A DNA stretch of 64,000 nt from positions 21,023 through 85,022 of the IMG/VR virus record IMGVR_UViG_3300029156_000002; one strand, given 5' to 3'. Positions within the stretch are counted from its first letter, which is position 1. The number at the start of each line of letters is the position of its first letter. The translations under genes and the position numbers were made by a program. The notes under the pieces were generated by a model. The model did no database searches. It was not told the DNA's origin and was given only the letters and a program-made list of their open reading frames with translations. Positions 10,206 to 20,683 of this stretch are shown piece by piece. This DNA is from a virus.

Positions 10206-11054
10206 TTATGCTGAGAAGCTCAAAGAGCTACCAGAGCGTTTTGCTAGGAGCTCTTCAAAACGTGTCTTCGTTGGGTTATCGCTGCGATCGTTGATGCCTT
10301 CAAGGGCAACGGAGCTTGTTTGAATGCGCTCTCGTTGGATAGAGCCGTTACGGCTAGGAAGCGGAACGACGTCTCCAGTATCTAAACCAATGAGCTTTGG
10401 GTTCCGCTGGCGGATAACGACGCCAAGCAAAGGATTTCCGTACTCTCTCTGCGCTAACAGTTCGTAATAATCACCACGCTTTGAGCGGTGATATCGCGTA
10501 TCGAATAGCCCTTGCGCTGAAAGCTCGAAAGGTTCGAATTCTCGCAAGCTGATACTGAGCGTAGCGCCACGAAACGCTCCTTTAAATGCTGGAGCATCGT
10601 ACACTAGACTAACGCCTGTGATGATGCACGTTTTCATCTGCACGTGGGCATCGCCAGACTGAAACGCAAGCAAAGGTGGTCGTCCTAACTTTTCGTCCTT
10701 CTTAGCCCATTGCCTGAGCTTATCTCGAACCGTTTTTACGCCGCGAACCTCTGTGATGTCCCGCGCAAAGAATCGCGCGCTAAACGTGATCGTATCCGAC
10801 GTTCCGCGAAGAAACATCTGAATGGACTTGTCGCGATTGATCGCCCAACTTTCACCCCATACAGAACCGACGTTCTCTGTTAGGTTTTCGGCTTCAAACT
10901 GACTATCGATAATCTCACCACGCGGGTTCTCAAGGTTAGTAATTTTCCAACCACGATAGTTAGGGCCGAATCGTTTGAATAACTCAATGCCGATGCCGGT
11001 TGCTAAACCGGCAAGACTTATAGCAGCTGATGCGGGTGGTGCGAAGTTAGCCAT
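10206..11054 (-). CDS. Tail tube initiator with LysM-like domain
   Basis: C-terminal SKRGDYYELLAQREYGNP...IRQRNP...GDVVPLP; lies between tape measure and hub. Confidence 0.7.
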   Translation of the reverse strand: MANFAPPASAAISLAGLATGIGIELFKRFGPNYRGWKITNLENPRGEIIDSQFEAENLTENVGSVWGESWAINRDKSIQMFLRGTSDTITFSARFFARDITEVRGVKTVRDKLRQWAKKDEKLGRPPLLAFQSGDAHVQMKTCIITGVSLVYDAPAFKGAFRGATLSISLREFEPFELSAQGLFDTRYHRSKRGDYYELLAQREYGNPLLGVVIRQRNPKLIGLDTGDVVPLPSRNGSIQRERIQTSSVALEGINDRSDNPTKTRFEELLAKRSGSSLSFSA

Positions 11055-13293
11055 TGAATACCTCTGCTCCTTGCTCTGCAGCTACACGTCGGGCAAATGG
11101 TGCATTCTGAAACCCTAGCCTGTCGGCTGTATCCGCTTTATGGCGAGACAAGCTTTTTGCTACTTGCTTTCCGTCAAGATTTACTTTCAAGTCCGCGACC
11201 ATCTGACATGGATCAGCCGTATTCTTAGCGACTTCCTTGAGCGTTTCACTCATCTCTTTTTGAGATTCGTTTGCTACCATGCCTGTGGAATCGATTTCGC
11301 TTTGTACTGACATAAACTGCTTGAGCGGCTCTTGGGATGAAAGTAATGTAGGGTCGTCTGTGGAAAATTCAGCGTTAACCACAGGCTTAGTTGGTTGCCT
11401 AATAGCTGGGGCGCCACGTCGAGTACTTTGCTCTTTTACGTTAGGTATAACCGCATCTTGCGAAATGAAACCAAACGCCTTTGCGACAGTCGTTGTATCG
11501 ACCATCTTTTCAAGCAAATCAGCAAGCCTATCTGACAAACCAAATACTTTGTCAATTAGCTTGCCAAGGCCAAAACCAAACGCGGCCGCTGCCGCAATGA
11601 GTCCGACCGGGCCTGCAATAATCGCGAGCATTCGCCCAGCCATAAAAACGCCCTTCTTAAGGGCACCTGTGAACCCAAGCGTTGCAATGGAGGCGATGCG
11701 CGACTTGACGGCAAAGAAAGCTGCGCTTGCGCCCCCTGCATTCAAGCGGACGCTGGTCAAAAACATCACAGCGTTAAACGCGATTTGGATAACTTTCCAA
11801 GCTACTGTAGCTGTTCGAGCAGCAACGATAGCGACTCTATATGCAACAAGAGCAGCAACGAGGCTGGGAAGTATGCGGCCAAACTCTGTAGCTAGGCCAA
11901 CTGCTCCGCCTGCCTCTGTGTTTGCCAATCCAACAGCTTGCTTCAGAGAGTTCCAGACAGCGATAAGGGGGAGCATCGCGGGCGTAACCGTAGAGATGCC
12001 TTGCTTGATGCCCTTGAAAAATCCCTTCACAGCATCGATCGTTGTCATCAAGCTCATAGCAACAGAGGCAGCGGACTCACCAAAGCGGAGCTTTAAATTC
12101 GCCGTGGTGACGCCTGTCTCGCTGCTTAAGGCTTGCATGGCAGCAACTGTATTTTGAATCAGCGTTGTAAAGGACTTGATCCCGGCGCTAGTGTCTCCAG
12201 CGAACGCGCCAAAGAACTCGATAGCTAAACCTTCAGCCGCAGATTTCAGCAAGGTTAGCTGTCCGGCGACGTTGTCCAAGCGCGTTTCGGCCATACGTTG
12301 CGCTGTGCCTTGAGCGTTCTGTAGAGATTGTTCTAGAGCATCAAGCGCTGGCTTGCCTTGCTTCTGTAGAGCTGAGAAGGCTCGAACGCCACGAATCCCA
12401 AACAGCTCCATAGAAATCGCCGTTCGCTCTGCAGGGTCCTCTATTCGATTAAGAACGCTGCCGAACTCTTCGACGATCGTAGAGATTTTTTTGATCTGCT
12501 TCGTGCCGTCTTCGCCAACCTCAGTCAAAGACAAGCCAAACTTGTCAATGAACTTCCGCCCCTTGGACGTTGGTTTAGCGATTTTCGTGACAAAGTTAGA
12601 GAACGCAGTACCAGCTAGCGTGCCCTTCAGGCCAGCATCAGAAAGCTTACCGAAGATGGCGGCTGTTTCTTCTAGCTCAAGACCTAATAGCGTAGCAGCT
12701 GGCGCGCCAATCTTGAACGACTCGCCCAAGAGGGTAACGTTCGTGTTCGCCTTTGCTGAGGTCGCTGCAAGAACGTCAGCAACTCTCCCAGCTTGACTAG
12801 CCTGAAGGCCCATGGATTTCAGGGCGACAGCGCTAATATCAGCGGCTGTAGCTAGGTCAATACCATCAGCAGCAGCAAGCGCGAGAGAGCTCCCTGTAGC
12901 CTCGATAATCTGTTCTGTGGTAAACCCTGCCCGCCCAAGGTTCTCCATGCCCTGAGCGGCCTGGGTGGCGCTGAAGGCTGTTGTAGCGCCGAGCCTCTTC
13001 GCCTCAGCTTGCAGAGCTTCGAAATCAGGCTTTGTGGCCTGCGTGACAGCGCTTACAGCGCTCATCTGCTGTTCGAATTTGATGAATTGGCGTGCGCCTA
13101 AGCCAATAGCGAGCGCGCCTACAGCAGCCGTCGCGAGCGTGGCGCGTCGAGCAAAACCATCGAATGCAGCGGTTGTACTGAATGTAGAAGCTCGAAGACT
13201 TTTAAAGTTCTTCGAAAGCCTCTTCATCGAGCCTTCAGCTTGCTTGCTATTGAATGTTAATAGGCCGCCTAGACCAACTCTCTCAAACGCCAT
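11047..13293 (-). CDS. Tape measure protein (TP901 core family)
   Basis: FEQQMSAVSAVT, LGATTAFSATQAAQGMENLGRAGF, GLKGTLAGTAF, AQRMAETRLDNVAGQLTLLKSA. Confidence 0.95.
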   Translation of the reverse strand: MAFERVGLGGLLTFNSKQAEGSMKRLSKNFKSLRASTFSTTAAFDGFARRATLATAAVGALAIGLGARQFIKFEQQMSAVSAVTQATKPDFEALQAEAKRLGATTAFSATQAAQGMENLGRAGFTTEQIIEATGSSLALAAADGIDLATAADISAVALKSMGLQASQAGRVADVLAATSAKANTNVTLLGESFKIGAPAATLLGLELEETAAIFGKLSDAGLKGTLAGTAFSNFVTKIAKPTSKGRKFIDKFGLSLTEVGEDGTKQIKKISTIVEEFGSVLNRIEDPAERTAISMELFGIRGVRAFSALQKQGKPALDALEQSLQNAQGTAQRMAETRLDNVAGQLTLLKSAAEGLAIEFFGAFAGDTSAGIKSFTTLIQNTVAAMQALSSETGVTTANLKLRFGESAASVAMSLMTTIDAVKGFFKGIKQGISTVTPAMLPLIAVWNSLKQAVGLANTEAGGAVGLATEFGRILPSLVAALVAYRVAIVAARTATVAWKVIQIAFNAVMFLTSVRLNAGGASAAFFAVKSRIASIATLGFTGALKKGVFMAGRMLAIIAGPVGLIAAAAAFGFGLGKLIDKVFGLSDRLADLLEKMVDTTTVAKAFGFISQDAVIPNVKEQSTRRGAPAIRQPTKPVVNAEFSTDDPTLLSSQEPLKQFMSVQSEIDSTGMVANESQKEMSETLKEVAKNTADPCQMVADLKVNLDGKQVAKSLSRHKADTADRLGFQNAPFARRVAAEQGAEVFNG

Positions 13294-13302
13294 ATTTTTA
13301 CC

Positions 13303-13482
13303 CTACTTTGTCCTCTTGGGCTTTTCTTGTTGCTTGATTTGCATCAAGCGTTTGAGTTTGAATCTGCGCTCCCTTGCGGTCATCGCAGAAACGTCTGAAG
13401 AATGCTTGCCGTAATACGTTAGTGCTAGTTCGTCTTCCCAAATCTGCTGGGCAGTTAGGATTGGGAAGATATTGCTAAAAAA
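13303..13482 (-). CDS. -1 frameshift extension of the tail assembly chaperone (lambda gpT-like)
   Basis: Slippery T TTT TTA (13482-13476) in the chaperone 0-frame (GAT TTT TTA). The -1 frame is open to TAG at 13303: SNIFPILTAQQIWEDELALTYYGKHSSDVSAMTARERRFKLKRLMQIKQQEKPKRTK. Confidence 0.8.
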   Translation of the reverse strand, partial: FFSNIFPILTAQQIWEDELALTYYGKHSSDVSAMTARERRFKLKRLMQIKQQEKPKRTK

Positions 13483-14312
13483 TCAGTATTCAGCCATGGA
13501 AGAGACGCAACAAAAGTCTTCTTCGCGTCAGGGTCGTAAACTTCGATCGAAAGATCTGGACCGCTTTGCTCACGGTTCAGAGCATTCTCAAACAAAGAAA
13601 TGTTGCGCTTGGTCATGTCGTCCAAGTCTTGCTCTACAAGTTGGATAGGATGATCTGCGTTGAACTCAGGCAGCATATGCACAGAGCCGGCGATCGTTTT
13701 CATTGTCAGGGAACCCATGTTCCCATCGAGCCGCAGCGCTTCAGAGACAGACCAGCGCGCTGGAGCCATCACAAATTCAGTAATTTCTTTACCGCGGATC
13801 AACGTAGGCGTCTCGCCTTTGTGTGTCCAAGTGGCATCGTCCACGCTCTGGCCGCCAACAAGTTCAATCGTGCCAAGATTACCGTGCCATTTGATGATGC
13901 GATCTTTTGCAAATGGGCTGGGAACGTCTAAAACGGCTTCAGGGCCAATCGCACGAATCCTAAGAAGCAAGTAAGCACAAAGCACATCTGCTTCGTACGC
14001 TTGAGAGATTGTCAAATCACGTTCAGCTTCACTCATCTTCTCGACAAATCCCCCAGCTCCATCAGCTTGCCAGAAGATATGCTCACCAAACTGAACGCAC
14101 ATGTATTGCAGGATTAGCGAGACACGCTTGCAAGCTCGCCCTCCTTCTAACTTTTCTGCGTTTTGTTGGAGGTACTCAGAAAGCTCGCGCTCTTCCTTGC
14201 CTCGCCACGGCTTAAAAATTAGCGTAGGGTCTTGGGAAAAAATTAGTTGACCGTGCTGGGCAAGTGTTCCCCAGGGCTTGGTTTGTTCTTCTGTTTCTTG
14301 TTCTGTGGACAT
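13455..14312 (-). CDS. Tail assembly chaperone (gpG-like)
   Basis: Position between tube and tape measure; FKPWRGKEEREL; ends at the slippery site. Confidence 0.7.
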   Translation of the reverse strand: MSTEQETEEQTKPWGTLAQHGQLIFSQDPTLIFKPWRGKEERELSEYLQQNAEKLEGGRACKRVSLILQYMCVQFGEHIFWQADGAGGFVEKMSEAERDLTISQAYEADVLCAYLLLRIRAIGPEAVLDVPSPFAKDRIIKWHGNLGTIELVGGQSVDDATWTHKGETPTLIRGKEITEFVMAPARWSVSEALRLDGNMGSLTMKTIAGSVHMLPEFNADHPIQLVEQDLDDMTKRNISLFENALNREQSGPDLSIEVYDPDAKKTFVASLPWLNTDFLAISSQS

Positions 14313-14352
14313 GTGGGCTATCCTAATTTGGTTGGGCGTTAATATTGGGCGT

Positions 14353-14398
14353 TAGGAAAATAGGTGGGGCTCTATTGTTATAAGCGGAAGCCCCTACC
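14353..14398 (-). terminator. Putative intrinsic terminator after the tail tube gene
   Basis: GGTAGGGGCT...AGCCCCACC stem followed by ATTTTCC on the minus strand; large loop. Confidence 0.5.
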
Positions 14399-14414
14399 GC
14401 ATGCGACGCAACGA

Positions 14415-14858
14415 TTACACGTGATCTTGGTCGTCTACTGAAATCGTGTATTCAACTTCAGCCATTTCTTCGGAACCATCTTCTAGAGATTTATCCGGCT
14501 CTGTTCGTCCAGTAATGAAACATCCAAACAAAGAACTTGTTCGAGTAATGGCATTACTATTAGACAAAGACAGCACAGTTACGGGTTTGTACGCTGTTGC
14601 AAGAACAGGATCCTTGCCCTCTCGGTACCACGCTTCGAAAAACGCAAATTCTACCGTGTGGTGTTTGGGGATTCGAACCGTAAACTCAGAGGCCTCTGTG
14701 CGACCGCCGCTGGCTCGCGTACCATCTGGTAGATCTATAGTTTTAAGAACTTCCTCAAGACCTTCGACCGCGGTTACAGTAAGTTGGACGCCGGCAACCA
14801 GAAACTGAAACTTATTTCCGGCGATAACGTCTTTATTGATTACACCTTTAGCTGGCAT
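14415..14858 (-). CDS. Tail tube protein (T4 gp19-like)
   Basis: NKFQFLVAG, VEGLE, F.AWYREG, FGCFITGRTEPD, EVEYTISVD; follows the sheath gene. Confidence 0.85.
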   Translation of the reverse strand: MPAKGVINKDVIAGNKFQFLVAGVQLTVTAVEGLEEVLKTIDLPDGTRASGGRTEASEFTVRIPKHHTVEFAFFEAWYREGKDPVLATAYKPVTVLSLSNSNAITRTSSLFGCFITGRTEPDKSLEDGSEEMAEVEYTISVDDQDHV

Positions 14859-14891
14859 TTTTCTTATCTCCTTAAAAGATCAGTTTGTGAA

Positions 14892-17546
14892 TTAGGCAGC
14901 AGAATCCAAAACGCCGTTTCTGCCGAGGCTGAATCTCAGCCGCTCAACGGTATTAACAATAGCTACTGTAATATCCGCATGTACATCCCCAAGGGACTGC
15001 GTAAGTTTTGTATTGTTCTCTGTGTCGATTTTTAACTTAAGCGCTTCATCACGAGGCAACGAATTATCAAGCGCCCGGTTTGCATACTCCGTGAAGAAGA
15101 ACGACTGGAGAGCCGTGCGAATGATCGCGAATGTCGCAGGATCGTTGATTTCAAAGATTGCGAAATCGAAGGACTCAAGCAACGTGTGGATGTAATGAGA
15201 CATCGTTTCGCGGATGTGCTTGAATGTCCAAGCAGGATCCACAGATGGAGCACGGTCACCCCAAATAACAAACTCGCCATTCTTCTTTTTGATGACCTGA
15301 ATGCCGCGAGGGTTCAAGAACTCTTCGTTTAGAAGCACATCGCCCGTCGATACTTTCAAAACACCTGGAAGAATTGCGCTGTCGCCCGCAGCTGCCTTGT
15401 GATAACCGAGATTATCCGCAGCAATTCGCGCCTCGCGACCATGAATTTTCCCAGTTAGAGAAATTTGCTTTAGCTTGTTGCTTGCGGCCTGAGGATCCTG
15501 AATGTACCCAACGCCTTGCGCAGCAGCCGCTATATAATTAGAGCGTCCAAGGGCATCTGTGATATAATCAAAGATGCCAGCCTCTGTGGTGATATTTGCA
15601 GGCACCTCATAGCGATAAGCATGCGAGAACGTGAACGCAAAGTCTTTGCCGGCCTTCTGAACCGCTGTTGACGTTACGCCAGGAGTTGCGCATTTAAGCA
15701 AGCCAAGGCGTTGGCCTCGAACCTGAAGGAATGGGGAAGTAATTACATCCCACGCCTTCAGATAATCAGCATCAGTAATATCAGCAACACCATCGCGGCC
15801 GCCCTGCATGCAAGCCAGATTTTCGACTTGGTATTCGTTTACCGTAACATCGAGTCCGCCAGCGAATCCAGTAACTTCAAAGCCAACATCCGAAACGGCT
15901 TCCGTAATTGCTGTGTTGCCAGCCGCACCAGCGGTGCCCTGTGTCACAGGAAGCAAGCCGCTCGCAACCGTTCCTGTCGTGATATCCAACGTTCCTTCCG
16001 CATCGATTGCGGCTTTGGCCGTTGCAGCAACCTGATCTGCAGTCGTATCTGCTTGAATGTCAACCTCAACACCAGGGCCGCTCGCGCCGCCAGTTACATT
16101 GAAGTAGAACACAAGAGAAGTTCCGTCAGAATCAACGAGCGTAAACGTCTCGTCATCAGACAAGCTAGCTTTCGCGACGAATTGGATAGAGCCAGTCGCT
16201 GCAACAGCCGTGAAGACTGGGGCAACATCAGTTAGCATCGTAGAGCCAAGTGCTGCGGTGATTTTGTCGTGGGTGTTGCTTTCGATGATGTAGTTCAGGG
16301 AAGATTGTGTGTCCTTATCAGGGAACACGCGCCCGCCTGCTAGCTTGCCAGGGGCAAGCGGCTTGTAAAGCACAGTTAGGGTGTCCCCTGACGTAGCGGG
16401 TGTGCCTCCTGCTGTAACCGTAAATGGCGGAACCCATTTGATACCTGCATCAAATTCAACACCAAACGTACCAGAACCAAGCGCACCGAACTTATCTGAG
16501 ACAGCATCAAACGTTGTCGCAGCAGTCATCGTAAGCGTGATGTTCTGCGCAACCATTGTATCGTTCGTTGTGCCAAGCGCAAACGTTGGGTCACCTGTTG
16601 TTGAGGTCAGCTCAAAATCAGCAATAGTCGCCGTAAGCACTCGCTCAGAAAGAGCGGTGAACGCACCATATACATTCGCTGGACGAACACTAGCAACGTG
16701 TGCGCCTGTCCACGTGTCAATAGCTTTAACGTAATAGTTAGAGTCCTGGTCGTTGATCAGGTCAACCCAGTAAATTGCAGATGTCGGATCTGTCGAAAGA
16801 TTAAGCCAACTCGCAACAAGAATGCCATCAAGATAAATATTGAGGCCAAATTCTGTGGATGGGTTCTCTGCACCATCAACAAGCTCATAACGCAAGCCAA
16901 CGCCAGTGGGCGTGTTTAGCTCAAGGAAATAGCGCTTGTTCGTCGGGTCAGATCCCGCAGCAAGGTCAGCAGCCATGGTCTGATCGGAAGCAACGGTGAT
17001 TGTCCCGGTATCCGTATTGCCAACAATCGGGTAAGTTGTGTTTGGAACGCCTTCAAGCTCAACCGTTCCGCCTTTCCACTGGTCAGTGGTCCAAGTCGTG
17101 ATGCCTGTTTCGATCGTGATCTCATTGATGTCGCCTACAACCGTAACTTCAGCGGTATGCTTGTCGTCGTAGCCGCCCCATCGACCGCCATCGTGCGCTT
17201 CAAGCTCTCCCATCTTGGTAAGCTTGCTACGTCGCGCATACAAATTAACTTTGCTGGGGAGTTCGTTGCCGTCTGTGACGCGCATAAGCAGCAACCCGCC
17301 TGCGCCGTTTGCTCCCTCGAAAAAGTGCCGTGCCGAATCAGGACCAACGGAGTCAGCGATGAGGCCGCCTGTTTTGTTGATCATATCTGTACGACTGAAA
17401 GTCTGAATAAGTTCGTTGGGAGTGCCCCGCTCAAGAATCGAAGCGTAAGCGGTCCAACCAAGCGCAGCTGCTTGGATTTGACGCTCGACGTCTCGTTCTG
17501 TAACTTGGGTTCCCGCGCCCTGAATGGGTCCAAATACTCGTGCCAT
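14892..17546 (-). CDS. Tail sheath protein (884 aa, with extra domains)
   Basis: N-terminal GAGTQVTERD...LERGTPNELIQ; C-terminal EFLNPRGIQVI, VIWGDRAPS, W.FKHIRETM, FAIFEIND. Confidence 0.92.
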   Translation of the reverse strand: MARVFGPIQGAGTQVTERDVERQIQAAALGWTAYASILERGTPNELIQTFSRTDMINKTGGLIADSVGPDSARHFFEGANGAGGLLLMRVTDGNELPSKVNLYARRSKLTKMGELEAHDGGRWGGYDDKHTAEVTVVGDINEITIETGITTWTTDQWKGGTVELEGVPNTTYPIVGNTDTGTITVASDQTMAADLAAGSDPTNKRYFLELNTPTGVGLRYELVDGAENPSTEFGLNIYLDGILVASWLNLSTDPTSAIYWVDLINDQDSNYYVKAIDTWTGAHVASVRPANVYGAFTALSERVLTATIADFELTSTTGDPTFALGTTNDTMVAQNITLTMTAATTFDAVSDKFGALGSGTFGVEFDAGIKWVPPFTVTAGGTPATSGDTLTVLYKPLAPGKLAGGRVFPDKDTQSSLNYIIESNTHDKITAALGSTMLTDVAPVFTAVAATGSIQFVAKASLSDDETFTLVDSDGTSLVFYFNVTGGASGPGVEVDIQADTTADQVAATAKAAIDAEGTLDITTGTVASGLLPVTQGTAGAAGNTAITEAVSDVGFEVTGFAGGLDVTVNEYQVENLACMQGGRDGVADITDADYLKAWDVITSPFLQVRGQRLGLLKCATPGVTSTAVQKAGKDFAFTFSHAYRYEVPANITTEAGIFDYITDALGRSNYIAAAAQGVGYIQDPQAASNKLKQISLTGKIHGREARIAADNLGYHKAAAGDSAILPGVLKVSTGDVLLNEEFLNPRGIQVIKKKNGEFVIWGDRAPSVDPAWTFKHIRETMSHYIHTLLESFDFAIFEINDPATFAIIRTALQSFFFTEYANRALDNSLPRDEALKLKIDTENNTKLTQSLGDVHADITVAIVNTVERLRFSLGRNGVLDSAA

Positions 17547-17553
17547 TATCTTT

Positions 17554-18819
17554 TTACCTCGTTACGGAAAAGTCTAGATCGCCAGTGAAAACGATCCTTT
17601 GTACCTGTTTGGCTGCCTTAGCGTCACGCTCAAAGAATACGGCATGCACTAAGCTAAGCCTCAGCCTAGCTGTCTGTATGTCCGCATCATTAGTTGTGCT
17701 CGTAACGGCTAGGCCGCCTAGTGATTCAATATCAAATTCTTCATCCATGCCTCTAGATCTAAGGCAACGATTCTGGTTTACCCAATTTCGCAAAGCCTCT
17801 TGCATGGCATGTGAGTCAAATTGTTTGTCAGCTTCAATGTCAATATCAAAGCTGATGTCGCCCATTCTTGGGCCCGGAAGAATATAGCCATCCCCAGTAT
17901 CTTCGTTAAACACGAAGTCATCTGTGCCAATGTGTTCAACTGAATCACTTTGGTTAATGTTAGTAACTGTGTATGCAGGGATTTTTGCTAGCTGTGAATA
18001 GTCTTGGCTGGTCATGACAACCGCATCCGGTTTCCATGTGAAGTCAAGCCAAAACACATCACCAATTACAGCAGGTGACGTGAGTGTGATTCTGTTCTCA
18101 ACGCTGTCATAGCTTGAGAGAATGTTTGTTAGACGATTAGGATCAGTACCAAGATCGTATGCGGCGGTCACGGTATCTACGGCATACTCCGTATCCCAAG
18201 GGAACGAATCTAAATCGAATGTGTCTGTTGCTTGGTCAGCTTCAAACTGAACTCTAGCTTTTGGTCGTAGAGAGCTCTTTAGCTCTACAAGCAAAGATTC
18301 ATAAATGTAATCGAAGAAGTGATCAATGCGCGTAGAGTACAGCACCTTCACAGATTTGATCTGTGGAGTTACAGTCTGATCAAGCGTAATCATGTTGATT
18401 ACGATGCCAATTTTTTGCGAGAGAATTGGAAAGCTGGGGAGGTTTGTTGCTACTTCACCGGACGTATTCCAGTCCGTTGTATTTACGACCCAGGCCGCAC
18501 CATCCCACCAAAATTCATCAACGCCATCTGTCAGACGAAATTGAATGGTAAACAAATCAACATTGTCGAAATCTTTTGGGCGTGTTGTGTACTCGACAGA
18601 GAAACTATCCCACGACGTAGCTGAAAGGGGATTAGCAATCCATGTGGTAGCCGTTAGAGTCGTCGACGTATCGAAAGGTTGTCGAGTATCCCAAGCGGTT
18701 CCAGCGTGAGGTATTTCTAACGCATCCGTGTTTGGGTTTAGGCGCAGCCCTCCTGTCAAGTCTAGCTTGCAGCGATTTGCCTCCACGAAATCGAACGTTT
18801 TGATTAGCTTGTTCGCCAT
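17554..18819 (-). CDS. Putative tail terminator / neck protein
   Basis: Intact 421-aa ORF immediately upstream of the sheath; assigned by position only. Confidence 0.45.
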   Translation of the reverse strand: MANKLIKTFDFVEANRCKLDLTGGLRLNPNTDALEIPHAGTAWDTRQPFDTSTTLTATTWIANPLSATSWDSFSVEYTTRPKDFDNVDLFTIQFRLTDGVDEFWWDGAAWVVNTTDWNTSGEVATNLPSFPILSQKIGIVINMITLDQTVTPQIKSVKVLYSTRIDHFFDYIYESLLVELKSSLRPKARVQFEADQATDTFDLDSFPWDTEYAVDTVTAAYDLGTDPNRLTNILSSYDSVENRITLTSPAVIGDVFWLDFTWKPDAVVMTSQDYSQLAKIPAYTVTNINQSDSVEHIGTDDFVFNEDTGDGYILPGPRMGDISFDIDIEADKQFDSHAMQEALRNWVNQNRCLRSRGMDEEFDIESLGGLAVTSTTNDADIQTARLRLSLVHAVFFERDAKAAKQVQRIVFTGDLDFSVTR

Positions 18820-19431
18820 CTATTTGATCGACTTTCGAAGCGCATCGGTAACAGCTTTTTCGAATTCTTGAATTGCCTTTGCTCGAACAGCTGCTGAGCC
18901 AAAAGCAACTTCAAAGTATGGTCGCCTAGGGATCTTGATCGCTTTCGTTGCTTCGCGCAGTGGCTTCCAACCATCTGGCTTGCGCTTAAAAAGCTCTTTC
19001 GCCCTACCCGTCAAGGCTTGCGGATCGTTTGCTCCAATGCTGACAAGCCACAGAGCAAAAAACATTTGGCGCATAGCGGCGGTAACTTTGATCGTTGCGC
19101 CATCGTGAGCGGATAGATAGCCTTTGTAGTTCTTGGCTGTAGTTGGAATGAAAATCTTGAGCGTATCTTTGTTGACAATCTTGGTGGTAATCGCCCTCTT
19201 CATCGCTCCGCGATCATCAAGTGGACTGTTCTTACCCTTGATTGAAACCGTCAAAGGCGCGTTTTCTGGAGGAACTCCCGCATCGATTACTTCGCTAACG
19301 ATTTTCTTAGCAATAGCTCGCAACGCACGACGCTTAGCTTTCTGAAGATTCCTACGAAATCTCTTGGCATCGATTCCCCTTGCATACTTGTCCCAGCCCT
19401 TATCGAGCTTTAGGCTAAACCTAGCAGCCAT
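18820..19431 (-). CDS. Neck / virion morphogenesis (tail completion) protein
   Basis: PPENAPLTVSIKGKNSPLDDRGAM...IPRRPYF; start moved to ATG 19431 (MAARFSLK). Confidence 0.7.
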   Translation of the reverse strand: MAARFSLKLDKGWDKYARGIDAKRFRRNLQKAKRRALRAIAKKIVSEVIDAGVPPENAPLTVSIKGKNSPLDDRGAMKRAITTKIVNKDTLKIFIPTTAKNYKGYLSAHDGATIKVTAAMRQMFFALWLVSIGANDPQALTGRAKELFKRKPDGWKPLREATKAIKIPRRPYFEVAFGSAAVRAKAIQEFEKAVTDALRKSIK

Positions 19432-19433
19432 GG

Positions 19434-19880
19434 TTAGATGCCCCCTAGCTTGTTGTGCGATGGTTTTCGATCGCCAAAGAAACACTTCAGTAAAGTAGAA
19501 CCGTATTCTGGCAAATGACCTACTGGCTTGAGCCTACGAAAGTAGGCGTTAATATCTTTCTCTCCTAGGGTTCCGATGCTGACCTTGACGATGTTGTCAC
19601 CAAGTTGCGGCTCATAATTTAAAGCTTTGAAGTCGATTGTACGGATCAACGCATAGCCAGTTTCATCTTCAAGCAAACCTGTTTTAGTGAATCTAGCTTG
19701 AGCAACGCCGTCAACTAGTGATTCACGAAATTCCATCTGCGCAGAAATTTCAACAGCTTGATCACGTTTGATAAGCTGAATAGGCTCTCGCGCATTAGGA
19801 TCTTGTGGCGTATCCTTGCGGTTTACAGGCAACATCCTGATGCGGACAGGATGGATCAAATTTGGGTAACGACGTGCCAC
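19434..19880 (-). CDS. Head closure / head-tail joining protein
   Basis: Position after the adaptor; YPNLIHPVRI...DPNAREPI. Confidence 0.55.
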   Translation of the reverse strand: MARRYPNLIHPVRIRMLPVNRKDTPQDPNAREPIQLIKRDQAVEISAQMEFRESLVDGVAQARFTKTGLLEDETGYALIRTIDFKALNYEPQLGDNIVKVSIGTLGEKDINAYFRRLKPVGHLPEYGSTLLKCFFGDRKPSHNKLGGI

Positions 19881-19891
19881 AACAATGACCC

Positions 19892-20683
19892 TTAGGCGAA
19901 CGGTTCGTTGTGATTAGAATCTCGGAATACCCAGTCAGTCCAATGATCAGGCGAAGAAATTGGAATCGGCGACCGATATAGGTTTAGAATTTCCATAATC
20001 GCTGGGTTCTTGACCAGCGCAGAAAGGCCGATTGGTCGGCGTGGTTTTGTTGTGCCTGTTGTCAGTGCGTCATACTTGATCGTGTGATCGTCTGTGCGCT
20101 CTTCAACAACTTGTAAGTCAGCTTCAGCTAGAGAGACCCCGGCTGCCGCTGCTTGAAATGCAGCGTCGCTAGCTGGGGGGCATAGAATCTTTTCCAAGAC
20201 CCACATCAAAGCCGCTTGTTGGATTGGAAGCGGTGTAGTCAGATCCGATTCTACAAAGCCAAAGTCACCAGAAACTTCCTGATTTTGTGCTCCAAGCATG
20301 AACACTCGTGAGTCCATGGGAAACGAAGTAAACAAATCAGGTGATTGCCCCGAATTAAAATCCAAGACAAGCTTTGGGTTCTTACGGTCGTCTCGCAAAA
20401 ATGTTCGATTGTTATAAACTCGATAGTGAATGGGATCCAACGTCTGACTTGCGTTGTTGGTCTTCAGGTCAGTAATCGTGATGACAGGCAGTGGCAGGAA
20501 CAATACAGGCGTTCCGCTACCGTCAAGTAGCATAGACGAAACTGTTCTTGCTTCAAACCATTGCCGACAGTATCTGTCGATCAGCGCGCAACAAAGCGTG
20601 ATGGCTGCAGTGACAGCGTTATCATCAGCGATATCATCTGTGATACCTTCAGCGCGAACTGCGGCAATGGTTGTATAAGCCAT
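19892..20683 (-). CDS. Head-tail adaptor
   Basis: MAYTTIAAVRAEG, ALIDRYCRQWF, PLPIQQAALM. Confidence 0.7.
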   Translation of the reverse strand: MAYTTIAAVRAEGITDDIADDNAVTAAITLCCALIDRYCRQWFEARTVSSMLLDGSGTPVLFLPLPVITITDLKTNNASQTLDPIHYRVYNNRTFLRDDRKNPKLVLDFNSGQSPDLFTSFPMDSRVFMLGAQNQEVSGDFGFVESDLTTPLPIQQAALMWVLEKILCPPASDAAFQAAAAGVSLAEADLQVVEERTDDHTIKYDALTTGTTKPRRPIGLSALVKNPAIMEILNLYRSPIPISSPDHWTDWVFRDSNHNEPFA

